DNA from: Candidatus Pacebacteria bacterium CG_4_10_14_0_8_um_filter_42_14
GTDB taxonomy: Bacteria; Patescibacteriota; Microgenomatia; UBA1400; PJMF01
Direction of reading: 5' to 3'
DNA: 63,443 nucleotides
Assembly: GCA_002784625.1 (NCBI GenBank)
Contig: PFLP01000005.1
Coordinates: forward strand, 1 to 63,443
This document shows, one piece after another, positions 20,947 through 30,072 of the stretch; position 1 is the first letter of the stretch, and each line of letters opens with the position of its first letter. The notes under the pieces were generated by a model, which was not told the origin of the DNA, did no database searches, and was given only the letters and a program-made list of their open reading frames with translations. A program made the position numbers and the translations under genes.

Positions 20947-22930
20947 TGATCAATCCGTCAATCTCGTTCACTCGACCATACATTGGTTTTTCGTTGGAAA
21001 GTTCTTGCGCAGAGTAACGCAAGTTTATCGTAATAAATGGATACTCAAACTCAGTCAATAAGCGCTGCTCATGCTTATATAAATCAACCTTTCGAGAAAC
21101 TTGGTATTCTTGAATCTGACGATATAGTGCGTCCACTTCGTCAAAAAACAGTTTTTGATTTTCAACAATAGTTGAGTAAGCCATTTTTTCTGATGAGTTG
21201 TAGAAACGCCAGCCACGAGACTTAGACAAACCTTCTGGTAAATTTTCTGGCGTAGCTTTGGCTTGGTCACCATTCACGGGAATCACTCCATATTCTTGGT
21301 AATTATTAAAGTCAGTCTGGTAGACTTTTTCAACATTTAATAAATCATAATTTTCTAGCACCCAACTTACCTTCGCATTACGCATATAAAGACTTTCTCT
21401 TTTCTCCATTACTGCGACAAGCGAAAGTTTCAAACCTGCTAGCTCCGCCATTTCCACATCACTCAGTGAATCTTTCGTAAGTAATCTTTGGGTGTCAGTA
21501 TCAATGTTTTTAATCATTTCTGGCCAAAGACTGGCGGCATCTTCGGACAGATTGGTGATGTAGTAGTAATCCGTGTATTCATGATGCTCCGGACTTCCCA
21601 AAGCAACAATCTTGTCGACGTTCATTATATTAAGCGTCAACCAAACTATTAAAGAAAGCCCCCAAACCACTTTGATTAAGTCAAGCTCCCTCACTCTTTT
21701 CCAGATAGCAAACAGCAAAAGCATGAGGAGAAGACCAGCCAGCCAAAATAAGAAAAGTCCTCCGACTACCCTGACCCGTGTTAATCCATACGTGTCTACA
21801 TATAGGAGATCCCGTTTTAGAGCGGAGCCTAATAGCAAGAAAAGTTCAATCACCAAGGCAGAACTTGCGAACCTGACTAACGTAGCCTGCGATACTTCCA
21901 GCACTCGTTGTTTTAAAGTTGCCAAATATACCAAAACGCCTCCAGCGAATGTAGCGATGAGAAGCTCAACAAAACCCTTGCGTACATATTCGCTAAATGT
22001 TAAGTCCAAAGTGACAAGCAGCTCTCTCGACCCTGCAAAAAGATATTGGAACTGCACAAAAAGAAACAAACCAATGACCGAAAATGTTGCAATTAGAACC
22101 GCCAATACGTCTCTGTATGAAATGATCTTAAGTCTCCACGGTTCATCTGATTGATCCGGCAGCGCTATCGAAAGTACGGCTCCAGAAATCATCAAAATCA
22201 GCAGAGACCAGAGAGTTCTACCAAAGAGCTGTTCACGAAAGTCTTTCACCATTTCATTAAAAACTGGGTCGCTTTGCGAAAGCAAAGTAATAAAAAATAG
22301 CAATACAACAGTGGTAATTCCAATCGTTTTTAGCCAATCAAATATCTTCGATTGCTTATTTGATCTCGCTTGAAAAACACTACCTATCATCAGCAAACCC
22401 TGCGTAAAAAACGCTGGTATTGATGCAAGCAAACTTTGAATCAAATCCAAAAAACTCCATCTTGAGTAACTTCTCACATATAAAGCCAGAAGTGCAAAAG
22501 TGCTTATCATCCAAACACCAGCATTAAAGGACTGAACAAAGCCATTTGCCCGGAAAGGCAAAAGGACCCCACTGAGAATGGCACTGGCCACAAGCAGCCA
22601 AACAGCAGAAGTAAGTTTTCTCTTTGAAAATAAAAGAAGCCAACCAATACCCATCGAGATTTGAAAAATAGCTAACCCCATAGTCGGAACTTTGTTGGCT
22701 GGCATTGTGTCATATAAACCAATGTTAAAACCAACGAGCAGAGTTAGAACGGCAAAACCAAACATGGACGGAAGAACAAATGGATTATTGAGTGTTTGGA
22801 CTTGCAGAGTCGCGTCCAAAGTTGGCTCAGTTTTTCCAAATTTTGTTCTAACGAACTGCACAGCAACATACAGACCGTAAACTGAAGCAAAAAGTAAGCC
22901 CAGGGGGATAAGTGCAAATAAAAATGACAT
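20933..22930 (-). CDS. large polytopic membrane protein of unknown function
   Basis: 665 aa with about 12 N-terminal TM helices and a ~230-aa hydrophilic C-terminal domain. Overlaps the downstream gene by 14 nt. Confidence 0.6.
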   Translation of the reverse strand: MSFLFALIPLGLLFASVYGLYVAVQFVRTKFGKTEPTLDATLQVQTLNNPFVLPSMFGFAVLTLLVGFNIGLYDTMPANKVPTMGLAIFQISMGIGWLLLFSKRKLTSAVWLLVASAILSGVLLPFRANGFVQSFNAGVWMISTFALLALYVRSYSRWSFLDLIQSLLASIPAFFTQGLLMIGSVFQARSNKQSKIFDWLKTIGITTVVLLFFITLLSQSDPVFNEMVKDFREQLFGRTLWSLLILMISGAVLSIALPDQSDEPWRLKIISYRDVLAVLIATFSVIGLFLFVQFQYLFAGSRELLVTLDLTFSEYVRKGFVELLIATFAGGVLVYLATLKQRVLEVSQATLVRFASSALVIELFLLLGSALKRDLLYVDTYGLTRVRVVGGLFLFWLAGLLLMLLLFAIWKRVRELDLIKVVWGLSLIVWLTLNIMNVDKIVALGSPEHHEYTDYYYITNLSEDAASLWPEMIKNIDTDTQRLLTKDSLSDVEMAELAGLKLSLVAVMEKRESLYMRNAKVSWVLENYDLLNVEKVYQTDFNNYQEYGVIPVNGDQAKATPENLPEGLSKSRGWRFYNSSEKMAYSTIVENQKLFFDEVDALYRQIQEYQVSRKVDLYKHEQRLLTEFEYPFITINLRYSAQELSNEKPMYGRVNEIDGLINGRY

Positions 22931-22945
22931 ATAAAAACCTCCCAG

Positions 22946-23020
22946 AGGCGCGGGCGGGATTTGAACCCGCGAATCGAAGGATTTGCAGTCCTCGCCATTA
23001 GACCACTCTGGTACCGCGCC
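22946..23020 (-). tRNA. tRNA-Cys (anticodon GCA)
   Basis: The reverse complement gives acceptor ggcgcgg/ccgcgcc, anticodon loop ctGCAaa and T arm gcggg-ttcaaat-cccgc. The D stem is short. Confidence 0.85.
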
Positions 23021-23056
23021 ACTTCCTGTCTATTATACTGGCAATTTCCTATTCAG

Positions 23057-23887
23057 TTAAAGGGGCTTGATTTCAAACTCTGAGCCACCCTCTGGATAAT
23101 CAAATCTAACGGCCGCAGTTTTTTCACTCATGTGGTGCACACGAAGGAATAACTCGACAAAAGGATTGTCATAGCCACTTGAGCCAGCATTAACAGCCAG
23201 AACACCTCGATCAACAGTGAAACCACCAGTGGAAATTACCCCCAGCATACTGACGCCATTGAGAATTACTTGGACGTTATCTCCAGGTTTCAGCTTCATC
23301 TTGTTCAAATCATCCTTACGCATGGTGGTTTTAATATTGCCAAAACCATCTGTCCAAGCAATTAAGTTGGATGGAATTTCAGGAATATCTGCAACATTTA
23401 GCTCTTTACCTAATGAAGACTTGTCCCCATTGACTAACTCCGCCACTTTTTCTGGGAAAAAATCTCTTGAACGAAACTGAGAACCGCTGTTAGGACAATT
23501 AATATCTCGAAACTCAACAATGTCTTTTTTGACAAAGCCAAAGGCAAACTCTGACCTGACATTAACAATCTCAACACCATTCTTTAGGCGAGCATACTTA
23601 ATTCCGTGATCTATATTGCTTTTCATCGCTTTACTACTGTCGCGACGGGGAGCGGCATTTCCATAGATAAACATTTTGCCCTTGTTTTGGGCATATGCAT
23701 ACTGGGCTGTCACAAAACCAATGGCCATGGTGTCTAATGAAGGAACTTCAGTTGGGTGAATGCGAACAGAGTGAGGAGCACGTAAATGGAATTGGAGTCG
23801 ATTGGTAATTTCTCCAAATTCCATGCCCCCAGCAACGTAATCGCAGATAACATGTAGCAGCGTTGTCGACTTATTTTCTCCACTCAT
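23057..23887 (-). CDS. DUF62-family SAM hydroxide adenosyltransferase (SAM hydrolase/halogenase-like)
   Basis: Family-like motifs SQFRSRDFF, TDGFGNIKT, and C-terminal GVLAVNAGSSGY..FVEL. AAAGGAG SD upstream. Confidence 0.6.
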   Translation of the reverse strand: MSGENKSTTLLHVICDYVAGGMEFGEITNRLQFHLRAPHSVRIHPTEVPSLDTMAIGFVTAQYAYAQNKGKMFIYGNAAPRRDSSKAMKSNIDHGIKYARLKNGVEIVNVRSEFAFGFVKKDIVEFRDINCPNSGSQFRSRDFFPEKVAELVNGDKSSLGKELNVADIPEIPSNLIAWTDGFGNIKTTMRKDDLNKMKLKPGDNVQVILNGVSMLGVISTGGFTVDRGVLAVNAGSSGYDNPFVELFLRVHHMSEKTAAVRFDYPEGGSEFEIKPL

Positions 23888-23945
23888 AAAGCTCCTTTAG
23901 CAAATAACCAATCACTTATACCATACTTGAGTACATCACGGTATA

Positions 23946-24875
23946 ATGCCGCCCATGACAGATCAAAAAACCACCAAAAAAACTGAAAAGAAGCAGCCGG
24001 ATATTATCACCGCAAACACTGTTTTAACAATAAAAATCCCTGCCAAAGATGTCGCCTCCGCCTACTCACAAGCAGTCAATAAACTCAAGAAAAAACTCAA
24101 GCTGCCAGGATTTCGAGCTGGGAAGGTTCCCACCAATGTAGCCGAGCAGCACTTAGATTTTGAACAGGTGGCACAGGAAGCCTTACAAGAACTCTTACCA
24201 GAGCTATACACCAAGGCCGTCGCTGCTGGAAAACACAAGCCTCTTACAAATCCAGAGTTCCGACCCGTCAAAATCGAAAAGGGCACAGATTGGGAGATCG
24301 AAGCTCACATCGCCGAGAAACCAGAACTAACATTGCCTAAATATGCGGCAGTAGTCAAAAAAGCTATCCAGCATGTAAAAAAAGAGCAAGCAGAGGCTGA
24401 AAAGAAAGCATCCAAAGATAAAGATGCCAAGACCCCAGCAGTTCCAAATGCTGAAGAAAGCAAAACTCACCTACTCCAGCATATCTACGCTGACCTGGCC
24501 GAAGAGTTTCGCCCGCAGGTCCCAGAGCTTTTAGTCAAGAGAGAAATTGAGGCAGATGTCAGAGAGATGGAACGCCAGCTTCAAGGCATGAAGCTCACCA
24601 TCGCTGAGTATCTTTCAAGAAGTGGCCAGACTGAAGAGGCTTTTTCCCAGCAAATAACAGTCCGCGCTGTCACTAAGTTGCAATCTGTTCTTATTACCGA
24701 CGCCATTGCCAAAGAAGCCAAAATTACCATCACCGATAAAGACATTGACGCCAAGTTGGACACCCTAGAAGATAAAGATTTCGTGAAAAAAGAGAGAAAT
24801 AATCCTGAATACCGTTCTGTCGTCCATCAATCACTCTTTAACGAGCACGTTCACGAACATTTGCTTTCGCTTTAA
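23946..24875 (+). CDS. tig: trigger factor, short form lacking the PPIase domain
   Basis: Ribosome-binding signature LPGFRAGKVP in the N-domain, which joins directly to a C-domain-like helical region. 309 aa versus about 430 typical. The start could be ATG 23955. Confidence 0.8.
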   Translation: MPPMTDQKTTKKTEKKQPDIITANTVLTIKIPAKDVASAYSQAVNKLKKKLKLPGFRAGKVPTNVAEQHLDFEQVAQEALQELLPELYTKAVAAGKHKPLTNPEFRPVKIEKGTDWEIEAHIAEKPELTLPKYAAVVKKAIQHVKKEQAEAEKKASKDKDAKTPAVPNAEESKTHLLQHIYADLAEEFRPQVPELLVKREIEADVREMERQLQGMKLTIAEYLSRSGQTEEAFSQQITVRAVTKLQSVLITDAIAKEAKITITDKDIDAKLDTLEDKDFVKKERNNPEYRSVVHQSLFNEHVHEHLLSL

Positions 24876-24876
24876 T

Positions 24877-24904
24877 GATACACTACGAAGGATACACTAC
24901 GAAG
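24877..24904 (+). repeat. tandem 14-mer gatacactacgaag x2, with a third partial copy running into the -35
   Basis: Exact copies at 24877-24890 and 24891-24904, followed by gatTGACAcc. Confidence 0.85.
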
Positions 24905-24906
24905 GA

Positions 24907-24935
24907 TTGACACCAGACAAAGACAGGCCTATAAT
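24907..24935 (+). promoter_or_regulatory. full-consensus sigma-70 promoter
   Basis: TTGACA (24907-24912), 17-nt spacer, TATAAT (24930-24935). A leader hairpin cgtatc-cta-gatacg follows. Confidence 0.6.
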
Positions 24936-24972
24936 CTGCAAACTAAAGTGCGTATCCTAGATACGACCAAAA

Positions 24973-25638
24973 ATGCAAACAGGAACAAATAAACAATCAT
25001 TGCCCAGTGCACGCGGAAGCTCTCAAGCTAATCCGTTTGCTCGCGCGCTGGCAGAAATAGAAAAGTCTGCCCTTAGCTCTCGACCTCAACAAACTCCAGG
25101 TGAAACTCTTAGCGAAGCCTTAGCCAGAACTGGTGGTTCTTTTCCAGATAGTAGACAGTCTCAACCAAGTCCAGATGCGCTCAAAGAGCAACAAGAGCTA
25201 GCTGCCCAAAAAGAGAAAAGAGAAGCCCTGCGTCGCAAGCTTCATGATCAAGTAAACCCAGTCAATGCTAAAGATATTTTTGATGCCAGAGCTGAACAAG
25301 TCTCTAAAGAAATTGATGAAATCCGCAGAGAACTCCAGCTTCTCGCCAAAGATGTTGGCGCATTCCAAAAAGACGTAGAGATTACGCTCATGACAGAGGT
25401 CGTTGACGTAGGAGAAAGAGGCGCTTACTTCAAGAATTTTTTCGCTCAACTACGCGCTTTCATCATGCTTCTAAGACAAAAAATCAAAAGTGCCAGAACT
25501 TGGGCTAATGCCTCGGCGCAAAAGGCAAAAAAGAAAAAGAGACGAGGCGGCGCCATCGAAGGCAGCGGTTATGAAAAAACCAGCCAAGTCCAAGAAATGA
25601 TGAATCACGAGAAATCTAGTTCAATTAGTGCGGGGTAA
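24973..25638 (+). CDS. hypothetical protein (disordered N-terminus, coiled coil, amphipathic helix, Lys/Arg patch)
   Basis: 221-aa ORF behind a consensus promoter. I recognise no domain. Confidence 0.65.
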   Translation: MQTGTNKQSLPSARGSSQANPFARALAEIEKSALSSRPQQTPGETLSEALARTGGSFPDSRQSQPSPDALKEQQELAAQKEKREALRRKLHDQVNPVNAKDIFDARAEQVSKEIDEIRRELQLLAKDVGAFQKDVEITLMTEVVDVGERGAYFKNFFAQLRAFIMLLRQKIKSARTWANASAQKAKKKKRRGGAIEGSGYEKTSQVQEMMNHEKSSSISAG

Positions 25639-25653
25639 AATATATTCTGCGTG

Positions 25654-25727
25654 TGAACTCGAGAGGACTTGAACCTCTGGCCTCCACAATGTCAATGTGG
25701 CGCTCTAACCAACTGAGCTACGAGTTC
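25654..25727 (-). tRNA. tRNA-Val (anticodon GAC)
   Basis: The reverse complement gives acceptor gaactcg/cgagttc, D arm gctc-agttggtta-gagc, anticodon arm ccaca-ttGACat-tgtgg and T arm agagg-ttcaagt-cctct. Confidence 0.9.
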
Positions 25728-25818
25728 GCAAGAAATCCAATTATACCACTCCATTATTGTTTTCCGAAAAGACTCGTGTACAATACCAACATTGTGTGCA
25801 CATCTGGAAAAATAGTAG

Positions 25819-26415
25819 TTGCACAGGACGAAGGGTTATTCACAAACAGTGATAAGAAAAGGTAGAGTCAAACGGCGAGAGCCACGAATCCGCTTGGTTG
25901 CGAACGAAAAAATTCGTGCCACCGACGTCAGAGCAATAGCTGAAGATGGTGCGATGATAGGCACTATCACGCTTAGCGAAGCTATTCAAAGAGCTCGCGA
26001 AGAAAATAAAGATGTGGTGCTTGTTAATGAACTCGCGACGCCACCAATTGTTAAGCTAATTGAACTGAGTAAGTTTAAGTTTCAGCAACAACAAAAGGCA
26101 GCGGCTGGAAGAAAAAGAGCAAAAACACAAGAACTAAAAGAGGTGCGGTTCACCCCTTTTATGAGTGACGGAGACTTTGAAGCTAGACTGAAGAAAGTGT
26201 CTACCTTTCTAAAAAGAGGAGACAAGGTTAGACTAAGTCTGCAGTACAAAGGTCGACAAATCACTAAGCAAGAATTTGGCCAACAAGTTTTTGCCCGAGT
26301 GATTGAGAGAACGTCTGAGTACTCAACTGTAGAACTAGAACCAAAAATGCTGGGGAAAAAACTGATAGCACAACTACTACCAGTGAAAAAAATAAAACAA
26401 AATGACAAAAAATAA
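25819..26415 (+). CDS. infC: translation initiation factor IF-3
   Basis: NEKIRATDVRAIAEDGAMIG...PPIVKLIELSKFKF and the C-domain pattern. The true start is probably a non-ATG codon further in, such as GTG 25849 or ATA 25852. Confidence 0.88.
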   Translation: MHRTKGYSQTVIRKGRVKRREPRIRLVANEKIRATDVRAIAEDGAMIGTITLSEAIQRAREENKDVVLVNELATPPIVKLIELSKFKFQQQQKAAAGRKRAKTQELKEVRFTPFMSDGDFEARLKKVSTFLKRGDKVRLSLQYKGRQITKQEFGQQVFARVIERTSEYSTVELEPKMLGKKLIAQLLPVKKIKQNDKK

Positions 26416-26605
26416 ACAAAAAACACGATCTGGAGTTTCTAAACGCTTCAAAGTTACAAAAACTGGAAAAGTGATGCGTCGCTCCCAAAACATGCGCCAT
26501 CTTCGTAGAAACAAAAGCAAAAGAACTTTACGAAAATATAGAACACCACAACAAGTAACTGGTAAAATAGCACGCAAAATCAAGCGAATGCTTGGACTAG
26601 CTTAA
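26402..26605 (+). CDS. rpmI: ribosomal protein bL35
   Basis: Highly basic 67-aa protein directly after infC with a 14-nt overlap, in the conserved infC-rpmI-rplT order. Confidence 0.9.
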   Translation: MTKNKQKTRSGVSKRFKVTKTGKVMRRSQNMRHLRRNKSKRTLRKYRTPQQVTGKIARKIKRMLGLA

Positions 26606-26620
26606 GATCGGAAAATTTAT

Positions 26621-26974
26621 ATGCCAAGAGCAAAAACAGGAATTACCAGAAGACGTAGACACAATAAGGTCCTCAAGGCCACTAAGGGTTTCCGCGGTGC
26701 GAATAGTAGACTTTATAAACGCGCTCATGAAGCCTTACTTCACGCTGGCCAATACGCCTATGTTGGTCGAAGACTCAGGAAACGCGATATGCGTAAGCTC
26801 TGGATTTTGAGAATAAACGCTGCTTTGAGAGAATTTGATAGTGCTTTAAAGTACTCATGGTTCATCGCCGCCTTAAAAAAAGCCAATATTTCTATTAATC
26901 GCAAAATGCTAGCTGACTTAGCAGTCAAAGACTTTAGTGCTTTTGGAGAAGTAATAAAACAGGCACGCGGGTAA
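26621..26974 (+). CDS. rplT: ribosomal protein bL20
   Basis: MPRAKTGITRRRRHNKVLK...GFRG N-terminus typical of L20. Confidence 0.95.
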   Translation: MPRAKTGITRRRRHNKVLKATKGFRGANSRLYKRAHEALLHAGQYAYVGRRLRKRDMRKLWILRINAALREFDSALKYSWFIAALKKANISINRKMLADLAVKDFSAFGEVIKQARG

Positions 26975-27000
26975 GCCGAACAAATAATCGAAAATGAAGA

Positions 27001-27022
27001 CCCCGCAACCGCGGGGTTTTTT
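27001..27022 (+). terminator. rho-independent terminator after rplT
   Basis: ccccgc-aac-cgcgggg stem-loop followed by tttttt. Confidence 0.7.
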
Positions 27023-27024
27023 AC

Positions 27025-27033
27025 TGGTAGAAT
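27025..27033 (+). promoter_or_regulatory. extended -10 promoter (TGgTAGAAT) for pheS
   Basis: TGGTAGAAT at 27025-27033. ATG at 27042 lies 8 nt downstream, with no SD. Confidence 0.45.
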
Positions 27034-27041
27034 AAACAAGC

Positions 27042-28094
27042 ATGATCATTTCGTCATTTTTAGAAGAACTAGCAAAAATTGAAGAACAACTCAGTAAGCA
27101 AGCAAACTCCAGCCGAGATGATCTCGAAAAAATGTTTTTATCAAGCAATGGTTTGTTTACCCTTATTTCAAAACAGATTACCGAGCTTGACCCAAACGAC
27201 CGCAAAACAGCTGGTCGGTCTCTAAATCAGCTGAAAACGGCCATTGAAGCAGCTTTGGCAGCAAGTACGAGTACTAATGCCAAGGACAAGCGCTGGATTG
27301 ATCTGACCATGCCTGGAGAACAACCAACAGTTGGACACATTCATCCCATTTCTCAAGCTATGGCAGAAATCACAGGTATTTTTGAACGGGTTGGTTTCAC
27401 CAGAGTAAGATATCCAGAGGTTGACTGGGACTGGTACGCATTCGAAAGTCTAAACATGTCGCCATCACACCCAGCGAGAGATGAGTGGGAGACTTTTTTT
27501 GTCGATCAAAAAGCTGACCTAGAAAAAGGGCAAGTCGTGCTGACTCCTCACACATCAAACGGTCAAGTCAGAGAGATGGAAAGACTCGGCGAGCCTCAAA
27601 TTCGAATGATTAACATTGCCCGATGCTATAGAAGGCAACAGGATGTCACTCACACTCAAATGTTCCACCAATTCGAAGGGCTAGTTGTCGATAAAGGCAT
27701 TAATATTCAGCATCTTAAAGGTACCCTTGACTACTTTGCCGAGCAGTTTTATGGTCCAGGAACCAAGAATCGCATTCGCCCCTTTCATTTTCAATTCACA
27801 GAACCTTCTTTTGAGGTAGATTTTAGTTGCCATATTTGTTCTGGAACAGGCGAAATCACTAAAGATGGCAGAGTAGAGAAATGCCGTTTTTGTAAATCTG
27901 GTTGGCACGAAGTTGGTGGCTGTGGAATGGTCCACCCAAATGTTCTAAAAGCTGGAGGCATTGATCCAGATGTTTATACTGGCTTTGCTTTTGGCTGGGG
28001 GATAGAACGAACTTACACCCTTAAAAAGGGCCTAGAAATAGACGACATTAGACTGCTTTACAGCGGAGACTTTAAATTTTTGGAGCAATTTTAG
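27042..28094 (+). CDS. pheS: phenylalanine-tRNA ligase alpha subunit
   Basis: Class II motifs (HPARDEWETFF, FRPFHFQFTEPSFEVD, GFAFGWGIERT). A CxxC..CxxC knuckle insertion as in Bacillus-type PheS. Confidence 0.95.
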   Translation: MIISSFLEELAKIEEQLSKQANSSRDDLEKMFLSSNGLFTLISKQITELDPNDRKTAGRSLNQLKTAIEAALAASTSTNAKDKRWIDLTMPGEQPTVGHIHPISQAMAEITGIFERVGFTRVRYPEVDWDWYAFESLNMSPSHPARDEWETFFVDQKADLEKGQVVLTPHTSNGQVREMERLGEPQIRMINIARCYRRQQDVTHTQMFHQFEGLVVDKGINIQHLKGTLDYFAEQFYGPGTKNRIRPFHFQFTEPSFEVDFSCHICSGTGEITKDGRVEKCRFCKSGWHEVGGCGMVHPNVLKAGGIDPDVYTGFAFGWGIERTYTLKKGLEIDDIRLLYSGDFKFLEQF

Positions 28095-28095
28095 T

Positions 28096-30072
28096 ATGAA
28101 CATTCTTATCCCAAACTCCTGGCTTCTTGAACATTTAGAGACTGATGCAACCCCAAAGCAGCTCCAAGATTTCTTGTCGCTCTCGGGCCCATCCGTAGAA
28201 AGAATTAATGAGCATAACGGCGAACCAGTCTTTGATATTGAAGTCACGACAAATAGAGTTGACTCAATGTCTATCCGCGGCATTGCTAGGGAAGCAGCGG
28301 CTATTTTGCCACAATTTGGTATTCCCGCAGAGCTCAAACCGTTGAACTTACCCGATGTTTCAAAGACAAATAACCCCTTGCCCCTGCCAAAGATTCTAGA
28401 AAATGATTACCTTAATCACAGAACCATCTGCGTAATTTTAAGCTCAGTAAATCGAGCAGAAACTCCAAAGTGGATGGCAGATCGCTTAGAACAAATCGAG
28501 ATGAATGTCCACGATGCTGTCATCGACATCACCAACTACATTACCCATGAGCTTGGCTATCCCTGCCATGCCTTTGACTACGACAAGTTAGTCGCTACCG
28601 GCAATGAAATTCGCATTGTTGAGGCTGAAGCAGGTGAAACTTTCACCACCCTCGACGGTGAGTCTTTCACAACAGTTGGTGGAGAGGTAGTCTTCAAAAA
28701 CGGCGAAGGCACAATCATTGATTTGCCATCTATTAAGGGAACGAAAAATACTTCTATCGATGAAAGTACTAAAAACGTGCTTCTCTTAATGGAGTCGATC
28801 GATGCCAACAAAGTCCGCTTTGCTAGCATGACGCATGCCATTAGAACTACAGCGGCCCAACTCATGGAGAAAAACGTCGATCCAAATCTCGCCTCCGACG
28901 TAATGAAAATGGGAGTAAAACTCTACCAAGAACTTTGCCAGGCAAAAGTAGCCAGCGAGGTCTATGACCATTTTCCAAATCAAGCCGCATCGTCAACAAT
29001 AGACATTACCTCGAAAAAACTTGCCGAGTATCTTGGTTTCGAACTACCGCTAAATGACTCAGTAAAAATGCTTGAAAAGCTTGAGTGTCAAACCAGCATT
29101 GCGGGCGATATCCTAACTGTAACTCCTCCAAGCTTCAGACCAGACTTAGTTATCCCAGCGGACATTATCGAGGAGGTTGCCAGACTTTATGGCTATCACA
29201 ACATACCCAGTATCCTAATGCCAACGGCGATTCCTCTCAATCGCCCAGCAGAAACCAACTTTGGTCTTGAGCATCAAGCCAAAGAATTCTTGAGCGCAAT
29301 TGGCTGGCAAGAGGTTTATACCTACTCGATGGTCAGTGAATCTGAAGCACTGGAAAGTGGTTTTAACATAGAAGATCATCTGAAAATTTCAAACCCCCTG
29401 ACAGAAGATAAGGTCTATTTGCGTCGTTCTCTAATACCGTCCCTGGAAGCCGTAATTTCACACAACGCTGATAGGGGTTCTGTTTCTGTATTTGAACTAG
29501 CCAATACATATCAACCTCAGGACCAATCTCTGCCAGAAGAGATGCTCACTCTGGCCATGATCTCAACCAGAGATTATCGAACCGTACGTGGAGATCTTGA
29601 GTCTCTGCTTACTAAGCTCCATATTTATCATTGTGTGATTACGCCATTAGACACGAATGATCAAATTGGCATAATCCAAGTTGGCGACTCGGCTGAGGAA
29701 ATTGGCCAAATTGCGGTTGGTAATAAACACGTACATGTCCAACTAAAAATGGCAGCATTGGTAAAATTAAGCTCATCTCATCCAACCTACAAGGCGCTAC
29801 TGAAGACAGCAGCCTTAATCGAGGACCTGACCTTCACCCTGCAAGAGAAAACAAAGGTAGGTTCTCTGCTTGCGGCCTTGAGTCAAGCTGATCCCATGAT
29901 CGAGTCGGTCAATTTAAAAACAATCTATAACCGTAATTTCACTTTCACCATAATCTATCGTCATCCAGATCAACCAATCTCGTCAGAGATGGTCGCCCCC
30001 GTAAGAAAACAACTTGTCACCCTAGTAGAGAGTGACTGGCAGGGACATCTTGTCGGAGAACTCTCGAACTAA
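28096..30072 (+). CDS. pheT: phenylalanine-tRNA ligase beta subunit (short form without the OB/EMAP tRNA-binding domain)
   Basis: B1-like N-terminus joined directly to FDIEVTTNRVDSMS, then B3/4 and B5 regions and a FDX-ACB-like C-terminus. 658 aa. Confidence 0.9.
   Translation: MNILIPNSWLLEHLETDATPKQLQDFLSLSGPSVERINEHNGEPVFDIEVTTNRVDSMSIRGIAREAAAILPQFGIPAELKPLNLPDVSKTNNPLPLPKILENDYLNHRTICVILSSVNRAETPKWMADRLEQIEMNVHDAVIDITNYITHELGYPCHAFDYDKLVATGNEIRIVEAEAGETFTTLDGESFTTVGGEVVFKNGEGTIIDLPSIKGTKNTSIDESTKNVLLLMESIDANKVRFASMTHAIRTTAAQLMEKNVDPNLASDVMKMGVKLYQELCQAKVASEVYDHFPNQAASSTIDITSKKLAEYLGFELPLNDSVKMLEKLECQTSIAGDILTVTPPSFRPDLVIPADIIEEVARLYGYHNIPSILMPTAIPLNRPAETNFGLEHQAKEFLSAIGWQEVYTYSMVSESEALESGFNIEDHLKISNPLTEDKVYLRRSLIPSLEAVISHNADRGSVSVFELANTYQPQDQSLPEEMLTLAMISTRDYRTVRGDLESLLTKLHIYHCVITPLDTNDQIGIIQVGDSAEEIGQIAVGNKHVHVQLKMAALVKLSSSHPTYKALLKTAALIEDLTFTLQEKTKVGSLLAALSQADPMIESVNLKTIYNRNFTFTIIYRHPDQPISSEMVAPVRKQLVTLVESDWQGHLVGELSN

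Noticed and set aside
25653-25865. ORF 25653-25865 (+)
   Set aside because: It overlaps tRNA-Val(GAC) on the opposite strand and the infC leader. There is no coding signature.
26975-27041. T-box or other leader riboswitch upstream of pheS, and likewise for tyrS at 38700-38722
   Set aside because: The intergenic space is only 67 nt for pheS and zero for tyrS. That space is already occupied by a terminator and a -10 element, leaving too little for a ~200-nt T-box.
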